A DNA stretch of 37,876 nt. Source: Candidatus Iainarchaeum sp. (GTDB taxonomy: Archaea > Iainarchaeota > Iainarchaeia > Iainarchaeales > JAGVWC01). Position 1 is the stretch's first letter; every line of letters begins with the position of its first letter. The position numbers and the translations under genes are program-made. The notes below the pieces were generated by a model, which did no database searches, was not told the DNA's origin, and worked only from the letters and a program-made list of their open reading frames with translations. The stretch is taken from assembly GCA_018304465.1 (NCBI GenBank), contig JAGVWC010000005.1:1-37876 (forward strand), in the 5' to 3' direction. Shown here one piece after another: positions 28,901 through 36,214 of this stretch.

Positions 28901-31900
28901 CGCCGTGCTGGCGTATTCGACTTCGGCGTCTGGTGGTACCCAGATTGTTTCGCAGGTGTTGGATGATTTTTCGTGTTCGAGTGGTCCGGTGTTCGAGTGT
29001 TCGTTCGCGTGGGATACTTCTTCGATTGCGGATGGGAATTATTTTGTGGTGTTGACGGGTTCGGTGGGTGCGTTGTCTGCAACGGATTCGTCGGATTTTA
29101 ATTTTTTGATTTTTGGTATTCCGCCGGTTGTTATTCGTACTTTTTTGGACGGGAATGCACGTAGTTTTTTTGGTTTTGGTCAGGATGTGAATATTGTAGT
29201 GGATGGGAATTTTGCGAGTGTTCCCCAGATTTCAATCACGGATGCGAATGGTGTGGTTCACGTGGCTGCGGCCAACATGAATTCTGCTCCGTTGTCTGAT
29301 CGTAATCGTGCGCAGTATTCGTATACGGTGGATGGGAATAAGGGCTGGTATTCGGTTCAGTTGTCGGGTAAGACTTTTACCAATGTTTTTTTTCGTTCGT
29401 CGGTTTGGTTGGATGGGTATACGGATGATGTGAATAATATTTTTCCTTTTCGTTTTGATTTGAATGTTATGGAACCAAATCTTATGGCGCGTTGGTTTTG
29501 GCCGGTGGAGTCGGAGGTTGATTTTAATTATTTGACGAATCAAACTGCGGTTCGCGTGGTGGATTTTAATGGAGATTCCTATTTGGAGGTTCCGGCCCAG
29601 TTGGTGGATGCGAATGGGTCGGGAAACGATGTTGAAAACGGGCGATTGGTGTTTTTGGCCAGCATGAACCGGGGAGAACTGCGGCGTTTTTTTGTGAATT
29701 ATACGCGTTCTGATGCTCCTGGTTTTTATGGGGCTGATTTGAATTTGAGTGTGGTGGATTCGAATTATTTGTATTCGAATTCGTTGTTTTCTGCAAGGGT
29801 CGATATCAACAAAGGCGGTTTGGTTGGCCAGATTTGGAGTAAAACCGGGCGTAATCAGCCGTTGGCGGGTTCGATTCCGATGCAAAACTCTCCTGAAGCA
29901 AAAGCGGGTGTGACGACTTATTCGCCGACTTCGGTTACTGCGCCGACGGTTCGGTTGGATGAAAATGGAGAGGTGTATTCGCGTTTGTTTGTTTCGGGTA
30001 TTGATCAGTCGATGGATTATAATTTGACGTATCATTTTTTTGCCAAGCAACCGTTTTTTTTGGTGGATGTGAACGTGCGACCCCAGCTGAGTCAAACGTG
30101 GAATTATTTGTATGACGATTATTTTTTCCTGGATGATGGTTCTTTTTCGCGTTTTGCGTATTTTAAGAATAATGTGATTACGGATTCTGCGGTTTCTTCG
30201 GGTGCGGGTTCTGGTGTGGCCACAATGGGGGATATTAATTATTGGGCGGCGTATAAGCAGAGTTCGCTGGATGGTATTGGAACGATTTTTTTGCAGCGTT
30301 CGACGACTCCTGCGGCGAGTATTGCCACTGATTTTTTTGACGATGCGGCGTATGAATACCTGGTCCATCGGTTGTACACAGGTGCGGTGACGACTTCGTC
30401 GCAGTTTAACACGCGTCTGGTTCGCGGTGTTTTTAATCCTTGGTCACAGAGCCAGGATTTGAATGCATTGTTATATGGGCTAAAGTCGCCGGTCACGATT
30501 TCGTTGGGTGCTACGCGGACGAACGATACGTCGGCTCCGACGGTTTCGGATGCGAACCATTCCCCGTTTGATATTAATGATTTGGTGGATGTGAATGTGT
30601 GGGCGCAAACCGGGGATAATTTGCGAATTACGTCGGTGTTGATTCAGGTGACCGGGGCGGATCTTAATGTGTCGTCTACGTTGTCGTATTCGGATTTGAA
30701 TGCGACTCCGAATTATGTGATTGATGGAAATGTGTTGAATGCAGGAAATGTGGATGCGAACTTTACGGTGACGGATATTGCGTCGAATGCGACGAGTTTT
30801 GTGCATAGTTTTACTGTTTCCGATCTTTCGGGTCCGTTGGTTTGGGATTTGAATCATTCTCCGGATTCGAATGCGTTGGTGGATCCGGGTTCGACGATTC
30901 AAATTGATGCGAATGTCACGGAGTATTCGGCGATTTCGGATATTAATTTGCAGGTGCGCTGGTATTACGATGTGAATTCCACGTGGAGTGATTGGAATCA
31001 CATCGACATGGTGCTCTCGAATCATCCGAGTGATTATAATTGGAATTATTTCGTTTCGTATTCGATTCCGTCCGATCTGAATTTGTTGTTTCAGTATCGG
31101 GTTTCGGTTACGGACACTGCGGGCAATTCGACTATTTCGAGTGCGAACCAATTCCATGCGTTTTTGGATTACAATTGGGTCCGTACCCCGGCGGTGTTTG
31201 ATGCGGTTTCGGGTTTGTTGGACACGAATGTAACTGTAGGAGACCTAAATCTCACGAATTATGGGGATATTGCGCTCACGTTTTTAATCAAGTCGAATTG
31301 GGATGCGCCTTCGAAGGTTTTTGGAAATGGGGTTGTGGTGGGTTCGTCGGGTTTTTCGACGGCGAGTGTGTTGCCGGGTCAGTCGGTGGTTACTGCGCTT
31401 TCGGTGACGACGAAGAGTTCGGAGCGCAGTGACACGATTACGTTTACGGTTACGCCGAGTTCGTCGCTTGCGACTCCGACTGTTCATACTGCGGTGGCAA
31501 CGATTGTAAGTAGTGCGGGGGGTCCGTTTTTGTTGGTGGAGATTACGGATTATGCGGCCAGTGTTTTGCAAAGCGATACGGGGCAAGTATTCATTGCCAA
31601 ATTAACCAACAAAGGAAATGCAGATGCGAATACGCCCGCGTTGGCATGGACGATTCCAAGCGATTGGACGATTACCAGCGGCACGGCAACTGTTTCGACC
31701 GGTACCGCGTTGGCGGTGGATAGTTCTTTGACGAATTCGATCACGGTTTCGATTGCGAGTGCTGCGGCGACGGGTTCTAAGACGATTACGGCGACGGCGA
31801 CGTGTTGTGATAATAACGCGGCTAAGACCCGTTCGGCGGCGGTTCCCGTGATTGTGGTGCAGAGTGGGACGGTAGTGGTGGTGGATGACGGCGAGGATGA

Positions 31901-33317
31901 TCCCGCCCCGCCTGCGGACGATCAAGGGGGCGGCGGTGGCGGCGGTGGCGGTGGCGGCGGTTTAGGCGGTGGTGGCGATGGTGGCGGTGGTTTGACGTCG
32001 GATCCGTTGAAGGCCCAGGCTTTTTTTCGGACGACGACGGATCGGTTTGAGTTGTTGCGCGGACGCGATTCGAAGTTTTTTGTTACGATTAAGAATCCGT
32101 TTGTTGAGGATGATTTGAATTTGTTGGATTTGAATGTATCGGTTTCGGGTTTGTTGTCGAAGTATCTTCGCGTGTATCCAGTGGATTTGGGTGATTTGGA
32201 CGCGGGTCAGGAGAAGTCGGTGACGGTTGAAATTTCTTCGCCGGCGTATTTTACGAAAGGGGAGCATGTGTTGGAGTTTACGATTGAGGGTGTTTTGTTG
32301 GATCGGGTGGGTCCTGTGATTCGGATTGCGCGGCCGTTTAAGGAGCGTCGGCAGTTGGTGTTGGTGGTTCGGGAGGTGGATCGGGGAATGGCGCGTGAGC
32401 AATTGGATTCGGCGCGTGCTCAGATTGAGGTGATGCGAGCAAACGGCTGGACTGTGGACGCGTTGCTTGAGTTGAATTCGGAAGCCATTACACTGTATTC
32501 AGATACCAAGTATGAAGAAGCATCAGAAATTGTCCAAAGAATCGAGCTGGATTATAATTTGGCCGTGGATGTAAACCATCGGCTTGATGCGTTGGGGGTG
32601 GCGATTGCGAGGTTTGCGGGGGATGGGGTTGAGACGCCTAAGACGGCGCGTTTGATTTCGTTGGCGCAGTTGGCTTTTATGCGGGGGGAGTTTGAGAAGG
32701 CGTTGCAGCGGTTGGAGGATGCGGAATCGGTTTTTGCGTTGGAAACGAAGGGTGCTTTTAATGTAACGGCGTTTGCGGTGAAGAATTCCCAGGCGATTGC
32801 GGTGGTTGGGATCGTAATTATTTTGTTGTTGTGGCTGTCGTGGATGGTGGGTAAGTATTGGTGGTTGCTGCAGCGGGTGAAGTTGTTGCGCGCCGAAGAA
32901 GGGCTGTTGCTCGGGCTTATTAAATCCGCGCAGGATGCGTGTTTTTTGGAGAAGAAGACGTCGATGGCGGAGTATTATGAGGCGTTGGCGCATTATGAGC
33001 GAAAAATCGCGCAGACGGTTGAAAAGACGATCGCCATGGATACCGAGCGAATTAACATGTTTAAATTTACGAGAAAAGTTAATAAATTGAAGATTGAACG
33101 GGATCATTTGCTGGGGGAGTTAAAACGCGCGCAAAACGATTATTTTAATCGGGGTGTGTTGGATTCGCGTATTTATGATGCGAAAACCAAATCCTTGCTA
33201 AGTCGGTATTCGAAAGTGGAAAAGGATATTGTAATGGAGGACACCAAAAAGTATTCGCGAATGTATCACGGTTGGTTCTCGCCTTTTTGGAAAGTCGTAT
33301 ACACGGTATTGAAATGA
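25920..33317 (+). CDS. Giant surface protein (2465 aa): beta-helix, Ig-like domains, Gly linker, helical stalk, TM, two SHOCT-like tail repeats
   Basis: Signal peptide; repeated FSG.I.DNNF rungs; Ig-like strands; TM AIAVVGIVIILLLWLSWMV; duplicated tail motif. Confidence 0.92.
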   Translation: MGGRYNTIVPLLALFVLFFSSGVLAGVGCGDTNNTCVVSGTISSDTNFIDANTYLLSALVTVSGSGVDLNIFPGATIKGMKAGTIAAGVRVTNGARIIAEGNSTHPITFTSCRDQTVGSNTSAVTGCSGTPGSQDYNVAISIAPDAGMTTSDSFSFLNVRHATNGIVLNQPILSIHDSNFSRFDRNVYTAAAISISGTYSDTNIYHNTIDVNGWGTAGGYYGIRVDSNYGGAIYDNNILDRNYAYAVFIPPAGAFTGVFRDNNVTAFLAYGIYSTTTSDQNFWMHGNIIDHNTVAGGFYSMYLNGNYSGEIFNNDVNLWVNGYFLYMAAGSLSGRFYDNDVNLFNARGLYVTTTTAADINVYNNRFDFNGLNGSTSYDMILFGGSFSGEFHDNNVSALLGGYMIRTVYAGDFSAPIYDNNLWLHRTFALYHGSSGEVSGRINANHVDYNGASGSNMFAFNFLGGPVSSEIFDNNFTLFLAGYAIGFTAGDFTGSIHDNNFGMEQASWGIAYTAPATFFGDINQNVFYAINAISYQGGFLLNNASGVMSGSLCHNTFRDVNNLRLIQISAGTFSGTFCHNTATDMNHSLNNQYTIYNNGVFSGSIAYNHFNRWGFDYTTGGSYFFYSQGAFSGDVHDNNFVSFNSTDVSPLIYTTTGTFSGNIHDNNFSDFQKGSYLIYVAGGSFTGNIYSNLFKDINFIAAYAVIYNIAQISGSIFDNNFVNVYGGRIFQQSTAGSFSGNFYDNNISDVRAAALNYGIYLQGSTTGSFYDNLFLDFNNTTVFLNSGTFTGNFYNNLAVRNKAIASVIPYFFYNSGTFRGSVYNNTAHDFNSTAQIALYNSGTFSGSVYRNLFARIRTGLSGTITGAVSNNAFWEIGTIGGAANQHEGDVNSQTGFSVEPFLGDESDRNFLLNSDAGGGGLLVDTGGVDVNAFFLSRTVQNSNKLDSGKMDIGYHYDQNAPFVRVVSPSDSNSLTGTQSIDFNFESALGSSSTLTAVLAYSTSASGGTQIVSQVLDDFSCSSGPVFECSFAWDTSSIADGNYFVVLTGSVGALSATDSSDFNFLIFGIPPVVIRTFLDGNARSFFGFGQDVNIVVDGNFASVPQISITDANGVVHVAAANMNSAPLSDRNRAQYSYTVDGNKGWYSVQLSGKTFTNVFFRSSVWLDGYTDDVNNIFPFRFDLNVMEPNLMARWFWPVESEVDFNYLTNQTAVRVVDFNGDSYLEVPAQLVDANGSGNDVENGRLVFLASMNRGELRRFFVNYTRSDAPGFYGADLNLSVVDSNYLYSNSLFSARVDINKGGLVGQIWSKTGRNQPLAGSIPMQNSPEAKAGVTTYSPTSVTAPTVRLDENGEVYSRLFVSGIDQSMDYNLTYHFFAKQPFFLVDVNVRPQLSQTWNYLYDDYFFLDDGSFSRFAYFKNNVITDSAVSSGAGSGVATMGDINYWAAYKQSSLDGIGTIFLQRSTTPAASIATDFFDDAAYEYLVHRLYTGAVTTSSQFNTRLVRGVFNPWSQSQDLNALLYGLKSPVTISLGATRTNDTSAPTVSDANHSPFDINDLVDVNVWAQTGDNLRITSVLIQVTGADLNVSSTLSYSDLNATPNYVIDGNVLNAGNVDANFTVTDIASNATSFVHSFTVSDLSGPLVWDLNHSPDSNALVDPGSTIQIDANVTEYSAISDINLQVRWYYDVNSTWSDWNHIDMVLSNHPSDYNWNYFVSYSIPSDLNLLFQYRVSVTDTAGNSTISSANQFHAFLDYNWVRTPAVFDAVSGLLDTNVTVGDLNLTNYGDIALTFLIKSNWDAPSKVFGNGVVVGSSGFSTASVLPGQSVVTALSVTTKSSERSDTITFTVTPSSSLATPTVHTAVATIVSSAGGPFLLVEITDYAASVLQSDTGQVFIAKLTNKGNADANTPALAWTIPSDWTITSGTATVSTGTALAVDSSLTNSITVSIASAAATGSKTITATATCCDNNAAKTRSAAVPVIVVQSGTVVVVDDGEDDPAPPADDQGGGGGGGGGGGGLGGGGDGGGGLTSDPLKAQAFFRTTTDRFELLRGRDSKFFVTIKNPFVEDDLNLLDLNVSVSGLLSKYLRVYPVDLGDLDAGQEKSVTVEISSPAYFTKGEHVLEFTIEGVLLDRVGPVIRIARPFKERRQLVLVVREVDRGMAREQLDSARAQIEVMRANGWTVDALLELNSEAITLYSDTKYEEASEIVQRIELDYNLAVDVNHRLDALGVAIARFAGDGVETPKTARLISLAQLAFMRGEFEKALQRLEDAESVFALETKGAFNVTAFAVKNSQAIAVVGIVIILLLWLSWMVGKYWWLLQRVKLLRAEEGLLLGLIKSAQDACFLEKKTSMAEYYEALAHYERKIAQTVEKTIAMDTERINMFKFTRKVNKLKIERDHLLGELKRAQNDYFNRGVLDSRIYDAKTKSLLSRYSKVEKDIVMEDTKKYSRMYHGWFSPFWKVVYTVLK
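31926..31991 (+). repeat. GGC/GGT low-complexity tract encoding a poly-Gly linker
   Basis: In-frame (GGY)n run within the giant ORF. Confidence 0.85.
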
Positions 33318-33329
33318 CGGTGAAAAAGA

Positions 33330-34256
33330 ATGGGTAAAATGGAAAAAGTTTTGTTGGCATGTTTCGCGTTTTTTGTGTTGTTTTCCGCGGTCAGTGCCCA
33401 GGTTTTTTTCGCGGATGTGAATTCGCAGGATCGAAACCAAGCGGACGTGAATTTTTCGCGGTTTCCCGAAATCGCCGAAATCACGGAAAAAATTTCTAAG
33501 CTTGAATCCTCGATTTTCGAGATGCGCTCTCAGGACTTGACGACGGTGCGTGTTTCGGATGGTTTAATCGTTGTTTCGGAACAGTTCAAAGCTGAAAAAG
33601 AAAAGCTTCGAACAACCCGGATCGCGGATTTTTCGGCTTCCAAATCCAAGTTAACCGAATTGTTTGGGTTGGTGGAACTGGCTTTTGAGGCCAAAGACGA
33701 AATTGGGGTGCTTGAACGCAAATTGGAGGAGGTTCGAAGCGAAATAGATCCTGTTCCGGTTGAAGAGGTTTTGTCCAAAGCCAAAGGCGAATTGAAAGAC
33801 GAGCGGTACGAGAAAGCCATTGAATTGGCGGTGGAAGGACAAGAATTGATCGTGGATTTGCAGTCTTTTGATACCAAGGCCCGGGCCGCTGCGGAAGCCG
33901 CTACCTCGAATCTGGTGACGACGTTGGATAACAACAAGGTGAATATTCTCATCGGTATCCTGGTTTTGGTGGTCGGGTATTTGCTGTTATCGAGTTGGTT
34001 GCGGCATTACTTGATTTGGAACAAGATTAAGTCGCTTGAACTTGAGCGCGAAGCCATCAAATCGGAGATTAAAAAGGCCCAGGAAGATTTTTTTGTAAAG
34101 GGTTCGATGCCGGAGCGCTTGTATCATATCCGGATCGAGGTTTTTTCGGACATGTTGCGGGATATTGGTCGACAACTTGCGGTTTTAATGGAAGAAGAGC
34201 GGCATGCCAAAATGGTGGATTTATCGTTCATTGCAAAAAAATTTAAACCCAAATAG
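33330..34256 (+). CDS. Secreted helical-stalk protein with TM and SHOCT-like tail
   Basis: Signal peptide; helical ectodomain; TM ILIGILVLVVGYLLL; tail AQEDFFVKGSMPERLY. Confidence 0.88.
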   Translation: MGKMEKVLLACFAFFVLFSAVSAQVFFADVNSQDRNQADVNFSRFPEIAEITEKISKLESSIFEMRSQDLTTVRVSDGLIVVSEQFKAEKEKLRTTRIADFSASKSKLTELFGLVELAFEAKDEIGVLERKLEEVRSEIDPVPVEEVLSKAKGELKDERYEKAIELAVEGQELIVDLQSFDTKARAAAEAATSNLVTTLDNNKVNILIGILVLVVGYLLLSSWLRHYLIWNKIKSLELEREAIKSEIKKAQEDFFVKGSMPERLYHIRIEVFSDMLRDIGRQLAVLMEEERHAKMVDLSFIAKKFKPK

Positions 34257-34285
34257 CGTTAAAGTAAACAGGTGCGTGATTCAAA

Positions 34286-35077
34286 ATGGTAAAACAAACA
34301 ACGGCTGGAATTTCGAATGGATATCTCTTGACGGGGATTCCGGGTTTGGATAAGATGATGGATCATGGTATCCCCGTGGGGTCGGCGATTTTGATTGAAG
34401 GCGGACCCGGTTCCGGAAAAACCTTGTTGTGTCTTCAGACAGGCGTAAATCTTTGCCAGGTTGGAAAAAAAGTTCTGTACATGAGCTTCGAAGAACGCGA
34501 AGACCGTTTGCGGGACCACATGCACCAGTTCGGTTTTGACCCGACAGAATTTGAAAAAAACGGCTTGTTGTTGATCAAGCGGTTTAACGCCCTTGATATC
34601 GCGCGTAGTGTCGAAGCGTTGCTTTCGGAAGCCAAAAAAGAATTGTTGATCGACGTGCAGCCGGTGTTGATTCCAACGGAGTTTACGCCGGATTTCGTTT
34701 TGATTGATTCGTTGACTTCGATTTCGTCCGCGTTTTCAGGGGAAAAATACCGGTTCCGTATTTACATGGAACAATTGTTCCGATATCTTGAATCGCATAA
34801 CATCACTTCGTTTTTGATCCGTGAATCCGCAAACCCGACGCACATCGGAAAAGGGTCCGGCAGCGATAATGAGGAAGCCGTGAGCTTTTTGTCGGACGGA
34901 ATTATCGCGATTTACAATGTGTTGTACGAAAACGGTACGCGGGGACGCGCCATGGAAATTTTCAAGCTTCGGGGAGAAAACTTCGACCGAAAAGTCGTGG
35001 AATACCTCATTGAAGGCGGAAAAGGCGTGACGATTAATCCGGATACCGTGATTACGGGGAAATATCAGTTGACCTAA
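34286..35077 (+). CDS. KaiC-like/RAD55 single-domain ATPase (copy 2)
   Basis: TGIPGLD, Walker A GGPGSGKT, YMSFEE, VLIDSL, FLSDGII, IFKLRG. Confidence 0.94.
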   Translation: MVKQTTAGISNGYLLTGIPGLDKMMDHGIPVGSAILIEGGPGSGKTLLCLQTGVNLCQVGKKVLYMSFEEREDRLRDHMHQFGFDPTEFEKNGLLLIKRFNALDIARSVEALLSEAKKELLIDVQPVLIPTEFTPDFVLIDSLTSISSAFSGEKYRFRIYMEQLFRYLESHNITSFLIRESANPTHIGKGSGSDNEEAVSFLSDGIIAIYNVLYENGTRGRAMEIFKLRGENFDRKVVEYLIEGGKGVTINPDTVITGKYQLT

Positions 35078-35151
35078 AAACCCCTTTTTTTCCTATTTTT
35101 TTTGTTATCCATAAAAACCTTTTTGTTCCTGTTTTTCTGTCTGGTGATGAA

Positions 35152-36177
35152 GTGGGTACGCCGATTGGGGAATTGATTCCGCGCAGGCCGTTGGAATTAT
35201 CCGAATTATCCGGTCGAAAAGTGGGTTTTGATTCCTATAACATGCTGTATCAGTTTTTGACGAATATTCGGTCTATGGATGGAAATCCCTTGATGGATTC
35301 CCGTGGTTTTGTCACGAGTCATTTGACGGGGTTGCTGTATCGCACGGCCAGCATTGTCGAGCAAGGCATCAAGCCGGTGTTTGTTTTTGACGGAAAACCC
35401 CCCGAATTAAAATCAAGGACTTTGGACGCGCGTAACCGGATTCGAACCGATGCCAAGGAAAAATTCGAGAAAGCCAAAGCCGACGGGGATCTGGAAGGCG
35501 CGCGAAAATTCGGTTCCATGTCCACGCGTTTGACTCCCGAAATCGTGGATAGCGCCAAAGAACTGATTCAATTATTGGGGTATCCGATTATTCAGGCGCC
35601 AAGCGAAGGCGAAGCCGAGATTTCGTATTTGGTTTCAAAAGGCGATTTGTACGCCGGAGTCAGCCAGGATTATGACGCGTTGTTGTTTGGTTGCAGCCGT
35701 CTGGTGCGAAACCTCGCGTTTTCGGGCAAGCGAAAGGTTCCGGGTCGAAACGCCTATATCGAGGTGGAACCGGAATACCTGGAACTGGATTCGGTGTTGA
35801 AAACCCTCGGGATTTCGCAGCAAAAACTCGTGTGGCTTGGAATTCTGGTGGGAACGGATTTTAACGAAAAATTCCCGAAAATCGGTCCGAAAACCGCGTT
35901 GAAAATCGTGAAGAATTGCAATTCGTTTGACGAAATCGTTTCGTATACGGAATTCACACCGAATTTTGATTTTGCCGAAGTGGAATCGATTTTTTTGAAC
36001 CCGTCTCACACCGACAAGTTCGATTTGTCGTTTTCCGCGCCGCAAAAAGAAAAAATCCGCTCGTTTTTGGTGGACCAGCATGATTTTTCTTTGGACCGCG
36101 TGGAGTCCGTGCTTCAAAAAATCGACAAGGCCTTGAATCAAAAAGGAAGCCAGTCGCGTTTGGGTGACTGGGCTTAA
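35152..36177 (+). CDS. fen: Flap endonuclease 1
   Basis: LYQFL, TSHLTG, PVFVFDG, APSEGEA, SQDYD, GTDFN, IGPKTA; C-terminal PIP box QSRLGDW. Confidence 0.97.
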   Translation: MGTPIGELIPRRPLELSELSGRKVGFDSYNMLYQFLTNIRSMDGNPLMDSRGFVTSHLTGLLYRTASIVEQGIKPVFVFDGKPPELKSRTLDARNRIRTDAKEKFEKAKADGDLEGARKFGSMSTRLTPEIVDSAKELIQLLGYPIIQAPSEGEAEISYLVSKGDLYAGVSQDYDALLFGCSRLVRNLAFSGKRKVPGRNAYIEVEPEYLELDSVLKTLGISQQKLVWLGILVGTDFNEKFPKIGPKTALKIVKNCNSFDEIVSYTEFTPNFDFAEVESIFLNPSHTDKFDLSFSAPQKEKIRSFLVDQHDFSLDRVESVLQKIDKALNQKGSQSRLGDWA

Positions 36178-36214
36178 AACAAACCCTTTTATTTCAAAAC
36201 AACCTTTTTGGTTC

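Noticed and set aside
24584-33107. Long alternative-frame or antisense ORFs (e.g. 24584..25558, 29232..30368, 27318..28112)
   Set aside because: They lie entirely within well-supported genes and have Arg/Ile-skewed composition typical of shadow frames
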